Below, piece after piece: positions 18,865-28,349 of a stretch of 64,000 nucleotides of DNA. The position numbers and the translations under genes are program-made. The DNA lies in contig JAQBVF010000001.1 of NCBI GenBank assembly GCA_027623675.1, positions 96,001 to 160,000 of the forward strand. Reading direction: 5' to 3'. Source of the stretch: Chloroflexota bacterium. Lineage in GTDB: Bacteria; Chloroflexota; Dehalococcoidia; Lucifugimonadales; UBA3495. The notes under the pieces were generated by a model, which saw nothing but the letters and a program-made list of their open reading frames with translations, was not told the DNA's origin and made no database searches. Within the stretch, counting starts at the first letter, position 1. Each line of letters begins with the position of its first letter.

Positions 18865-19893
18865 ATGACGACAAAGATACTTGGCATAGAAACATCTTGC
18901 GACGAAACGGCGGCGGGGGTTGTTGAAGACGGGCACAATCTTCTATCAAACGTCATCTCATCTCAGACCGACCTGCATGCGGCCACCGGCGGCGTGGTGC
19001 CCGAGGTTGCGTCACGGCAGCATATACACGACCTGGTCCCCGTGTTGGAGCAGGCCGCCGCCGATTCCGGCTACGGGCTGGAAGATATGGACGCCATCGC
19101 CGTAACCTACGGGCCGGGACTGGCCGGGTCTTTAATCACGGGACTGAACGCCGCCAAGGCCATCTCCTACTCCCTGGGGATACCTTTGATCGGCGTGAAC
19201 CACCTTGAGGGACACATCTACGCTTCTTGGTTGGCCCACTCGGACCTGGCCGACGACCCCGGCTTTCCGCTCGCCTGCCTGGTGGCGTCGGGAGGCCACA
19301 CCGACCTGCTACTGATGGAAGGGCACGGCCGGTACAAGCTGGTGGGCCGTTCCCGCGACGACGCGGCCGGCGAAGCCTTCGACAAGGCGGCCCGTATCCT
19401 GGGGCTGGGCTTCCCTGGCGGCCCGGAGATACAGCGGGTATCCCAAGGGGCCACCGGCGAAGAGAGGCTGCCCCGCGCTTGGATGAAAGACACTTTGGAT
19501 TTCAGCTTCAGCGGACTGAAGACCGCCCTGCTGCACATGGCCCAGGACCGTGGCGTCTACCCGTCTCCGCAAGAAGGGACGGACGCGGCGCGGCTGGTGC
19601 GCGAGATGGCGGCGGCGTTCCAGGAGTCTGTGGTCGACGTCATATCGTCCAAGTTGATCAGCATGGCGTCCGACTACAAGGTCAAGGGATTGGTGTTGGG
19701 CGGCGGCGTGACGGCCAATTCCCGTCTGCGTGAGGAGATCGTCAGGCGTTCACCTCTGCCGGTGGTCATACCTCCGCCGGTCCTCTGCACCGACAACGGA
19801 GCCATGATCGCGGCCTGCGGCTACTTCCAATTCAAACGGGGTGAAGAGACGGCTCTGGACATAGATGTGGACCCCGGACTGCCCCTGGGTTAG
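18865..19893 (+). CDS. tsaD: tRNA N6-threonylcarbamoyladenosine synthesis protein
   Basis: ILGIETSCDET, GGVVPEVASRQH, NHLEGH, SGGHT, DDAAGEAFDK, TDNGAMIA. Confidence 0.96.
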   Translation: MTTKILGIETSCDETAAGVVEDGHNLLSNVISSQTDLHAATGGVVPEVASRQHIHDLVPVLEQAAADSGYGLEDMDAIAVTYGPGLAGSLITGLNAAKAISYSLGIPLIGVNHLEGHIYASWLAHSDLADDPGFPLACLVASGGHTDLLLMEGHGRYKLVGRSRDDAAGEAFDKAARILGLGFPGGPEIQRVSQGATGEERLPRAWMKDTLDFSFSGLKTALLHMAQDRGVYPSPQEGTDAARLVREMAAAFQESVVDVISSKLISMASDYKVKGLVLGGGVTANSRLREEIVRRSPLPVVIPPPVLCTDNGAMIAACGYFQFKRGEETALDIDVDPGLPLG

Positions 19894-19927
19894 GGCCATC
19901 ATCAGCCGCGCGGGGAGTGAGATGCAG

Positions 19928-20731
19928 TTATCCTACGATTCTCTGCCGGGCGGCGAAGGTTGAGTTCACAACCTCAAATATCTGCTCTTCCGCGGTAGCC
20001 CCTTTGAAGGGAAACGTAACTCTCACGCCGTCTCCCTGGAACGTCACTTCGCCGTCGGGTTTGCCGAAGTAGAACTGGGCCATGATGCCGACCCCCGACA
20101 GAATTGCCAGAAATACCAGGAAGGCCGACAGGTCCATGCGGATCACGGGAACAGTCGGACCGTCTATCCGGCCCGTCAGCCAGTACGCCAACAGCACGTA
20201 CAAGAAGACGCCGGCGACAACCATCAGGCCGCCTTGGATCAACGAACCCTTGCTGCGCCGGGCCGAATTCACCGCCACGGCCTTGACCTCGTTCAGCGGC
20301 ATCACGACGACTTCTCTGTTGCCGTCTTTCTGGCCGAAAGCGATGACCCTCTGGTTGGTCAGCACCAGCATCCGGCCCTGGTCTTCGGGCTGCGGAACCA
20401 GTCCTCTTTCGTGACTGAACGTATGGGACACCGACTCTCCGGGGAGCAGGCTCACCATCCGGATCTTTGCACCGGTGCCGGGCGTTGCCACGCCGCTGGG
20501 CGGGCTGGCTTCGGGTTGCCGCGGAACTGGGGATGGGGTGGGGGGCGGCGCAGGTGAGGGTGTTAAGCCCTGATGCAGGCCTTTGGTCAACTGCTGCCAA
20601 AGAGGTTGATACTGGCCCTGTGAGAGTCCCACGGTGGCGCCCGTTCGCGTCACCGGCCGTCTTTTCCCTGGGTTACTAAATTGTTTGGGCCGCCGTCTGA
20701 CCGGCGGGTCCGTTGGCAGATTACGGTACAA
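19928..20731 (-). CDS. Hypothetical membrane protein, possibly a bacterial PH-like domain with two TM helices
   Basis: Pro-rich N-terminus, LLPGE..LVLTNQRVIAF pattern, two hydrophobic helices; GGAG RBS. Confidence 0.6.
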   Translation of the reverse strand: MYRNLPTDPPVRRRPKQFSNPGKRRPVTRTGATVGLSQGQYQPLWQQLTKGLHQGLTPSPAPPPTPSPVPRQPEASPPSGVATPGTGAKIRMVSLLPGESVSHTFSHERGLVPQPEDQGRMLVLTNQRVIAFGQKDGNREVVVMPLNEVKAVAVNSARRSKGSLIQGGLMVVAGVFLYVLLAYWLTGRIDGPTVPVIRMDLSAFLVFLAILSGVGIMAQFYFGKPDGEVTFQGDGVRVTFPFKGATAEEQIFEVVNSTFAARQRIVG

Positions 20732-20876
20732 AAACGACTCCTTCCAAAGGCCATATTATCATAGGGAAGAGGCTAACTCACACCTGCGGCAAGGCCCTGA
20801 TTCGGACAGCGGCAGAGCCCTGCGCTTGCGCAGTTGACGGCGTTGCCCGGTGATTCGCCAGACTAGGCACGATGTA

Positions 20877-20906
20877 TTGACACCGGCTGGCGGGCTTTGT
20901 TAATCT
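20877..20906 (+). promoter_or_regulatory. Promoter of the T-box leader
   Basis: TTGACA-N18-TAATCT immediately upstream of T-box stem I. Confidence 0.6.
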
Positions 20907-20915
20907 TTATTATCA

Positions 20916-21196
20916 AAGGCTGAGATGGAGACGAGTAGGCAGGGGTAGGCGCCTAGCGAGCCTGGTATGGTGAAAGCAGGCGCGCCGAAGCTGACTGAAA
21001 ATCCCTCCGGAGCCGCCAGTCGAAAACCCTCTGAAGATGAAAGAGGGCCAGTAGACCGAGCCGGGGTTCGTTCCCCCGTTAAGAAAGACGGGACATGTTG
21101 GTGTCCTGCTAGAGAGGTCCCGGTAAAACGGGATTATTAGGGTGGTACCGCGGGAACGTAATGTCCCGTCCCTATGTTGGGATGGGGCTTTTTTAT
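20916..21196 (+). ncRNA. T-box riboswitch, probable Ile (AUC) specifier, with terminator
   Basis: AGTA (20934), AGCGA/GGTGAA distal motifs, GAA-A-ATC specifier (21001-21003), second AGTA and CCGTTA, T-box GGTGGTACCGCG (21141-21152), hairpin plus T-run at 21163-21194. Confidence 0.92.
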
Positions 21197-21276
21197 TGCC
21201 CAAAAGCGGCTCTCCGGTCCTTTCTCTGCAGGAGGAATTCTTGCTAGTGAAAGTTTTGCCAGTTATGGAGGCTGCC

Positions 21277-22974
21277 ATGCAAATGAAAGGCTCTGAGATC
21301 CTCTGCGAAAGCCTGCTCCGGGAAAGTGTCGAGGTTATCTTCGGCTATCCCGGCGGGGCGATCCTCCCCTTCTACGACGCGCTCTGGTCATACCCCCAGC
21401 TGCGCCACATCTTGGTGCGCCATGAGCAAGCCTCTGCCCACGCCGCCGACGGCTACTCCAGGGTCACCGGCAAGGTCGGCGTTTGCGTGGCCACCTCCGG
21501 ACCCGGCGCCACCAACCTGGTCACGGGAATCATGGGCGCCAAGGCCGACTCCGTGCCCATGGTCGCCATCACCGGCCAGGTCGCCCGGGCTTCCCTGGGT
21601 ACCGAAGCCTTCCAAGAGTGCGATATCTGCGCCATCGCCGCCCCCACCACCAAACAGGTGTTCATGGTTATGTCCGCCGCCGACCTGGCGGACACGGTGA
21701 GAGAGGCATTCCACGTCGCCCAAGAGGGCCGGCCAGGCCCGGTGTTGATCGATATTCCCCGGGACGTCCAGCTAGAACTCGCCGAAGCCAATTTCCCCGA
21801 AGTGACCCCCATCACCGCGCCCGCTGTTTCCGATGAGGCTTTGGAGCGCCTGAAAGAGGCGGCCCGCCTGATCAACGAAGCCGAGCGCCCGCTCATCATC
21901 GCCGGCCACGGCGTGATGACCTCCGGCGGATCCAAAGAACTTCTGGAACTGGCCGAGCGGTCCGGCATACCGGTCATAAACACCCTGTTGGGACTGGGCA
22001 GTTTCCCCGCCGGCCACCCCCTGAGCATGGGCATGCTGGGGATGCATGGCATGTACTGGGCCAACATTTCGGTGGACCAGGCCGACCTGCTGATCGGGGT
22101 GGGCATGCGCTTCGACGACCGGGTTACCGGCAAGGTCGACACCTTCGCCCCACACGCCAGGATCATCCACATGGATATCGACGCCTCCCAGATCGGGCGC
22201 AATGTTCCGGTGGAGGTCCCGGTGGTCGGCGACGCCAAGGCCCTACTACAGAAGTTGACGCCCATGGTGACCAACGTTCCCAGGCCCGACTGGATGCAGT
22301 ACATCCAGAACTTAAAGCAGGACCACCCGTCGCTGACCATCCCGCCCAGCGATAAGCTCCAGCCCCAGCAGGTGATCCGTGCTCTGGATACCATCTTGCA
22401 AGACGACCCGGAGACCACGGTGGTCACCGGAGTGGGCCAGCACCAGATGTGGGCCGCCCAATTCCTGTCGTTCAAACACGCCAACACTTTCGTGTCGTCC
22501 GGCGGGCTTGGGGCCATGGGGTTCGAGCTGCCAGCCGCCGTGGGCGCCCAGGTTGGCAAGCCGGGCGCGCCGGTATGGGCGGTCGCCGGAGACGGAGGCT
22601 TTCAGATGACGCTTCAAGAACTGGTCACACTGTCGGAGGAGAAGCTGCCGGTGAAGATCGCCTTGATCAACAACGGCTACCTGGGCATGGTGAAACAGTG
22701 GCAGGAGATGTACTTCGACAACCACTTGAAGGCGGTGCCGGTGAACGGCCCCGACTTCATCAAGCTGGCCGACGCCTATGGCATAGCATCCCTCCGGGTC
22801 ACGGAGCATGAGGATGTGCTGCCTGCGCTGCGAAAGGCCCAGGCCCACGACGGCCCGTTCCTGATCGAGTTCGTGGTAGACTCAGACACCAACGTTTATC
22901 CCATGGTCCCGCCGGGCGGCTCTCTAGCCGACACGCTGGAGGACCCGGCCATGAGCAACCACAAAGGGATCTAG
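21277..22974 (+). CDS. ilvB: Acetolactate synthase large subunit
   Basis: FGYPGGA, RHEQ, TSGPGATN, RFDDRVTG, GQHQMWAAQ, TPP motif GDGGFQM..NN; GGAGG RBS. Confidence 0.95.
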   Translation: MQMKGSEILCESLLRESVEVIFGYPGGAILPFYDALWSYPQLRHILVRHEQASAHAADGYSRVTGKVGVCVATSGPGATNLVTGIMGAKADSVPMVAITGQVARASLGTEAFQECDICAIAAPTTKQVFMVMSAADLADTVREAFHVAQEGRPGPVLIDIPRDVQLELAEANFPEVTPITAPAVSDEALERLKEAARLINEAERPLIIAGHGVMTSGGSKELLELAERSGIPVINTLLGLGSFPAGHPLSMGMLGMHGMYWANISVDQADLLIGVGMRFDDRVTGKVDTFAPHARIIHMDIDASQIGRNVPVEVPVVGDAKALLQKLTPMVTNVPRPDWMQYIQNLKQDHPSLTIPPSDKLQPQQVIRALDTILQDDPETTVVTGVGQHQMWAAQFLSFKHANTFVSSGGLGAMGFELPAAVGAQVGKPGAPVWAVAGDGGFQMTLQELVTLSEEKLPVKIALINNGYLGMVKQWQEMYFDNHLKAVPVNGPDFIKLADAYGIASLRVTEHEDVLPALRKAQAHDGPFLIEFVVDSDTNVYPMVPPGGSLADTLEDPAMSNHKGI

Positions 22975-23057
22975 CGGGGGACCCAACGGAAAAATAACTG
23001 AACAACCCCCGGCCAAATTTATCTAACGATGGCCGGGGCGTATTTACGGGAGTCCAC

Positions 23058-23471
23058 GTGGAAAAGCTATCTATTCAGGACGCTTCCCGCCGGCTGAATA
23101 TATCCCAACGCGATGTGCGGGAATACATCCGGAAGGGCGAACTCAAGGCTGAACGCGACCCAGACTCGGAGCATGGCCGCTGGCTGGTGATCATGCCCGA
23201 GGAAGGCTGGCAAGACCATTTCAAGGCCTACCTGGATGAGTTGGACGCCAGCATCACCCGGTGGTGGTGGGTCAACGAGCATAAGACCGGGTCGGTCCAT
23301 TATCTCGAGAGGACCGGCATCGAAAACGTCGAGCCCGATTACCTCTGTGGGCTATCCTCCGAGAACCTCTGGCCGTCTGCCGGCCATTCCCGGAACGACC
23401 GCTGCCTGGAATGCCTGATGCGGGCCACGGAACAGGGACTGCCTCTGTTCGAGGAAGACCTCACAGACTAG
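23058..23471 (+). CDS. Small HTH (excisionase/MerR-like) protein with a His/Cys-containing C-terminal domain
   Basis: LSIQDASRRLNISQRDVREYIRKGELKA HTH pattern; H..C..CLEC in the C-terminus; GGAG RBS. Confidence 0.65.
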   Translation: MEKLSIQDASRRLNISQRDVREYIRKGELKAERDPDSEHGRWLVIMPEEGWQDHFKAYLDELDASITRWWWVNEHKTGSVHYLERTGIENVEPDYLCGLSSENLWPSAGHSRNDRCLECLMRATEQGLPLFEEDLTD

Positions 23472-23514
23472 GGTTTATCCGGGGCCTATCAATGGTCGGT
23501 GCCGGCTGGAACGC

Positions 23515-24939
23515 CTAGCCCCCACCGCCGGGGCCGCCTGCGCCGATGCCCGGCTCGGTCATGCCGGCAGGGTCGAGAAGCTTGTCCAACTCGGCGTCGG
23601 ACAATTCTGTCTTCTCCTTGGCCATCTCTCTGATGGTCGTACCTTTGGCCGAAGCCTCTTTGGCGATGGAGGCCGCGGCGTCGTAGCCGATGGCCGGCGC
23701 CAGGGCCGTCCCCAGCATCAGCCCCTTCTCAACCATGTCCGGCCCTACACTGGTGGCCGTGATCCCCTTGACGCACTGGTCGGCAAAGTTATGGGCCGAC
23801 GCCGCCAGAAGGGAGATTGACTGCAGGATGTTGTAGGCCGCCACGGGCATCATGGTGTTCAACTCGAAGTAACCGCCCTGACCCGCCAGGGCCACCGAGG
23901 CGTCGTTGCCGATCACCTGGGCCACCACCTGAATCACCGACTCAGAGATCACCGGGTTGATCTTGCCCGGCATGATGGAACTGCCCGGCTGCACCTCCGG
24001 CAGGGATATCTCGCCCAGGCCCGCCCGGGGTCCGGAGGCGATGAACCGGATGTCGTTAGCGATCTTGTGCATGCTGATGGCGATGGTCTTCAACGCGCCG
24101 CTGGCCTCGACCAACGCATCCAAAGATGACTGGGCCTGGAAGTGGTTGGCCGTCTCTTTGATCACGATCCCCGAAGCCTGGGAGATCGTTAGGCAGGTCC
24201 GGCCGGAGAACTCCTCGTGGGTGTTCACTCCGGTGCCCACGGCGGTGCCGCCCAGAGCGACCTCAGCCAAGGCTTCTTGAGCGCGGTGCAGGCGCTGGAT
24301 GCTGTACTCGGCCTGCCCGGCATAGCCCCGGAACTCCTGCCCCAGCCGAACTGGAGTGGCGTCCTGCAGGTGGGTGCGTCCCGTTTTGACGATGGGCCAG
24401 AACTCGTCGGATTTCTTGGTCAGTTCCTCGGCAAGAAATTCCAGCGAAGGAATCAGGTCTTCTTTGATGGACAGCAGCGCCGCCACGTGGATGGCCGTGG
24501 GTATCACGTCGTTGGACGACTGGCCCATGTTGACGTGGTCGTTGGGATGGACGAGCCTTGAGCCCAGGTCTCCGCCCAGGATCTGGCTGGCGCGGTTGGC
24601 GATGACCTCGTTGGCGTTGGTGTTGGTGGAGGTGCCGGAGCCGGTCTGGAATATGTCCAGGACGAAGTGCTCATCCAGCGTGCCGTCGATGACCTCTTGG
24701 GCCGCGGCGACGATGGCGTTGCCCGCCTTCTCCTCCAACAGGCCCAGCGACATATTGGTCTTGGCCGCCGACTGTTTAACCAGGCCCAGCGCCCGGATGA
24801 AGGCCCGGGGAAAGACCAGGCCGCTGATGGGAAAGTTCAAAACCGCCCGCATGGTTGACGCGCCGTACAGGGCGTCGGCTGGGACTTCCATCTCACCCAT
24901 GGAGTCCCGTTCAATTCTCACTTTGGGGCGCGTGGACAT
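23515..24939 (-). CDS. fumC: Class II fumarate hydratase
   Basis: RIERDSMG, QTGSGTSTN, HPNDHVN, GRTHLQDA, GSSIMPGKINP. Confidence 0.95.
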   Translation of the reverse strand: MSTRPKVRIERDSMGEMEVPADALYGASTMRAVLNFPISGLVFPRAFIRALGLVKQSAAKTNMSLGLLEEKAGNAIVAAAQEVIDGTLDEHFVLDIFQTGSGTSTNTNANEVIANRASQILGGDLGSRLVHPNDHVNMGQSSNDVIPTAIHVAALLSIKEDLIPSLEFLAEELTKKSDEFWPIVKTGRTHLQDATPVRLGQEFRGYAGQAEYSIQRLHRAQEALAEVALGGTAVGTGVNTHEEFSGRTCLTISQASGIVIKETANHFQAQSSLDALVEASGALKTIAISMHKIANDIRFIASGPRAGLGEISLPEVQPGSSIMPGKINPVISESVIQVVAQVIGNDASVALAGQGGYFELNTMMPVAAYNILQSISLLAASAHNFADQCVKGITATSVGPDMVEKGLMLGTALAPAIGYDAAASIAKEASAKGTTIREMAKEKTELSDAELDKLLDPAGMTEPGIGAGGPGGGG

Positions 24940-25111
24940 GGCGGTACCGTCCTAAATCAAATCTCATGTTGGGCCAAAGCCCAAACCCACATGATTCTAG
25001 CGGCTGCAGGTCGACTTGGGTAGTGGGCGGTATCAGACACAAGGTTTCTGGGCCGCACGCCTCCCCGGGAGCGGCTCGATATTTTATGATTGCTGACTGT
25101 AATATATCCAG

Positions 25112-26533
25112 ATGATTCGACGGATCGGGCGCAGACTGATAATCGCTTTCCTGGTGACGCTTGCCGTCGCCTGCGGCGCAGCGTCACCGGGCCCGTCCGA
25201 GGTTGTTCTGGCACAACCAACCGATACACCGGTCACAACCCCCGCAGAGAGGGCGCCGACGCCCACTCTAGTGGCTACCGAAAACCCCGCGGCTTCACCG
25301 ACCCGGCCGCCGGCGCGCTCTTCCACAATCGCTCCTCGGCCCGCCAGCCAGCAGGCAGCTTCGGAGCCCCTGCTGGATTGCACTCCGCATTCCCTACCTC
25401 AGCGCACCCAGCGGTCGTTGGCCGTGGACCCGAATGACGATGACAAGATCTATATCGGCGTCGAGCAAGAGGGCTTCTTCAAAACGCATGACGGTGGAAA
25501 AACGTGGCAAAGGGCCGTAACCGGCATCAAAGCCTGGGACAGGACTGACGGGACGGGCCTCTGCTATGAGGAGTTTTACTCGACAATCATCGACCCCGAT
25601 GACCCGGACCACATCTGCATCGCCATGGCCGGGGGTCCGGGCACGGTCAGCGTCACAAACACCAGCGCCGGAAACAACGGAGTGTACTGCTCGGTGGATG
25701 GAGCGGAGTCGTGGACTCAGAGAGTGAGCCCCCACATGAATACAGCGGTATATTCCATCTCCGCTGACCCGGAAGATTTCGACGTTATGTACGCCGGAGT
25801 GAACGGCGGTTCCTGCTCCAACCTGCCACCTGTGTGCGACCCCGACACCTATTTCAACTCGGTGGGGTCGGTGTACCAGACCAAGGACGGGGGTCTGACT
25901 TGGTCGGAACTCAACACATTGGCGGCGCGAGACGTTAGGGTAATCTCGGTGCGCGTTCACCCATTGGACCCCCATCTGATAGTGGCGGCGACCTTTTCCA
26001 AGGTCACGGTTCAAGGGGGAAACGCCGGCAATTTTGAAGGATCAACCCAATTGGGACTCATCCGGTCCCAGGACGGCGGGAAGACCTGGAGTAGTTCGGT
26101 GAACGGAATGAACGATTCTCCACGGGAACAGGCCCTTCTCGGCCTTGAGATATCACCTCGTAACCGGTCCCGACTGTACGTCACCGCCTCAAGCAACACA
26201 TCGTATTGGTCATCGGACTCAGGGGAGACTTTCCACCCGTCCCGCAGGATGACGGCCTTCGTCTTTGATCCGTTCGATAGCGCAGGCCTGCACATGCTGG
26301 GCAGCAATGGGGAATCGATACAGGAAAGCACCGACGGCGGTGAGACCTGGGGTATGATCTCCGCCACGCCTGGGTTTGTTTCCTTTCAGAGCGGGGTTCC
26401 AACCGCTCTGGTATGGAGCGGCAACGACCCTGACAAGGTATTCTTGTCCGGCCCGTACGCCACGCTTTATGTGTCGCCAGACGGTGGCGTCACCTGGTCG
26501 CAGTTGCTCTCCGCCGAGCGGCTACCCAAGTAA
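25112..26533 (+). CDS. Lipoprotein with a BNR/Asp-box beta-propeller
   Basis: Lipobox LAVA-C, Pro/Thr/Ala linker, seven [ST]xD[GS][GA]x[TS][WF] Asp-boxes. Confidence 0.8.
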   Translation: MIRRIGRRLIIAFLVTLAVACGAASPGPSEVVLAQPTDTPVTTPAERAPTPTLVATENPAASPTRPPARSSTIAPRPASQQAASEPLLDCTPHSLPQRTQRSLAVDPNDDDKIYIGVEQEGFFKTHDGGKTWQRAVTGIKAWDRTDGTGLCYEEFYSTIIDPDDPDHICIAMAGGPGTVSVTNTSAGNNGVYCSVDGAESWTQRVSPHMNTAVYSISADPEDFDVMYAGVNGGSCSNLPPVCDPDTYFNSVGSVYQTKDGGLTWSELNTLAARDVRVISVRVHPLDPHLIVAATFSKVTVQGGNAGNFEGSTQLGLIRSQDGGKTWSSSVNGMNDSPREQALLGLEISPRNRSRLYVTASSNTSYWSSDSGETFHPSRRMTAFVFDPFDSAGLHMLGSNGESIQESTDGGETWGMISATPGFVSFQSGVPTALVWSGNDPDKVFLSGPYATLYVSPDGGVTWSQLLSAERLPK

Positions 26534-26636
26534 CCTCTCCGCCATTATAGAAAAGAGAAAGGCGGCGGCGCAGCCGTATTCCAGCCACGCCACCGCCTGA
26601 GTAAACACTGGATGGCCAGCACAACACGGCTGCCGT

Positions 26637-28187
26637 CTACTTGCCCTCTTTGATCCAGTCGGCAACGCGCTCGGCGATCATGATGGTGGTGGCGTTGGTG
26701 TTGGCCCGGATCACGTCGGGCATGACCGAGGCGTCAATCACGCGCAGTCCCTCCAGGCCATGGACCCTGGCGTACTGGCTGACCACGGCCATGGGGTCGG
26801 AGCTCGGCCCCATCTTGCAGGTGCCAGAGACGTGGTGCTGGGTGTAGCAGTTGGTCATGATCCAGCGGTCCAGTAGAGCATCCTCGGCCAACTCTTCCTT
26901 GGTGGGGTTGATCTGTTCCACCACATGGGCGGCGAAGGCCGGATGCTCGGCGACCTTCGCCGCCATGCGCATCGCCCCGCGCATCCGCTCCCGGTCGTAG
27001 TCGGCCGAGAACAGGTCATAGTTCAAGTAGGGCTGGTCGTGGGGGTCGGTCGTGTTCAGGGTAAGCTCACCGGCCGACGTGGCGTTCTGGAGGCCCACAC
27101 TCAGTCCAAAGTGGAACGTGTCGCCCTCGTAGGACACGCTGGCCGGGCGGTGCTCGCTGCTCATCAAAGTGGGCGTCATCTGGAAATCGCCCCGGGTCGG
27201 CGACCCCGGCAGACTGAACCGCAGGCCAACCTGGAGGCTGGGAGTGTCGATGTCGGGCGGGTCTCCCTCGCCCTTGAACAGCATGTAGGCCGCCGGATGG
27301 TCGCGCAGATTCTTGCCCACGCCGGGCAGGTCATGGACCACGTTGATGCCCATCCGCTCCAGTTCCTTGGCCGGGCCCACCCCGGACAGCAGCAGCGCCT
27401 GGGGCGAGCCGATGGCCCCGCCAGACAAGATGATCTCGCTGCCTTCCACGTTGAACACCTCGCCGCCGCTCTCAGCCTCGACGCCCACGGCCCGCTTGCC
27501 CTCGAACAGGACTTTGCGGATGGCAACCCCGCCGCGCACGGTTATGTTAAGTCGGTGCCGGGCCAGGTTCAGGTAGGTCAGGGCGGTGCTCATGCGGACA
27601 CCGTCGATATTGTTCAGGGGACGGGCCGCCACGCCGGTGGAGTCGGGGTTGTTCTGGTCGGGGTCTTCGGGGAAGCCCACGCCCAGGCAGGCCTGGTAGA
27701 ACGCCTCGGCGACGGGGATCCAGTCCTCCCGCTTGAAACGGCGCACGGGCAGCGGGCCCTCGTTGCCGTGGAAGTCGTCGCCGGGGAAATCCCAGTCATT
27801 CTCCATCTTGCGGAAGTAGGGCAGGATCTTGGTGTAGGCCCATTCATCGTTGCCCCACTCGGCCCACTGGTCGTAGTCCTCGGGCAGGCCCCTGAAGACC
27901 ACCTGGCCGTTGACGGCGCTGGAGCCGCCGGTGGCCTTGCCCCTGGGGATGATGATCGGTTCCGGTTGGAGCGGCGTGGCCGTGGCGCGGTAGTCCCAGC
28001 TATGAGGGCCGTAGGCCGACCGCCAGACGTTGTAGCCCTTCTTAAGGTCTTCGGGCAGGTGCTCGTAGTCGGGATAGTCGGGGCCGGCCTCCAACAGCAG
28101 CACCGTCTTGGTTGGGTCTTCAGAGAGCCGGGTGGCCACCACACAGCCGGCCGAGCCGGCCCCAACGATGATGTAGTCGTACTTCAT
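26637..28187 (-). CDS. GMC-family FAD oxidoreductase (choline dehydrogenase/MftG-like)
   Basis: GAGSAG, GGSSAVNG, GVGKNLRDH, HVSGTCKMG, NTNATTIMIAE. Confidence 0.92.
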   Translation of the reverse strand: MKYDYIIVGAGSAGCVVATRLSEDPTKTVLLLEAGPDYPDYEHLPEDLKKGYNVWRSAYGPHSWDYRATATPLQPEPIIIPRGKATGGSSAVNGQVVFRGLPEDYDQWAEWGNDEWAYTKILPYFRKMENDWDFPGDDFHGNEGPLPVRRFKREDWIPVAEAFYQACLGVGFPEDPDQNNPDSTGVAARPLNNIDGVRMSTALTYLNLARHRLNITVRGGVAIRKVLFEGKRAVGVEAESGGEVFNVEGSEIILSGGAIGSPQALLLSGVGPAKELERMGINVVHDLPGVGKNLRDHPAAYMLFKGEGDPPDIDTPSLQVGLRFSLPGSPTRGDFQMTPTLMSSEHRPASVSYEGDTFHFGLSVGLQNATSAGELTLNTTDPHDQPYLNYDLFSADYDRERMRGAMRMAAKVAEHPAFAAHVVEQINPTKEELAEDALLDRWIMTNCYTQHHVSGTCKMGPSSDPMAVVSQYARVHGLEGLRVIDASVMPDVIRANTNATTIMIAERVADWIKEGK

Positions 28188-28349
28188 GCCTGTCTCCTCA
28201 AAGCGGTTATTCGTGTGACCTGAGATCTTGGTCCAAACGGGGTGTTCTCGAGAAGTTCCCTCGGGAGGTCTTGCAGGGACTCTTCCGGGGAGTAGACCGG
28301 CGAATTATACCCTGGCCGGTGGACAAAGGGGACCGGCGGCGCCAACGAA

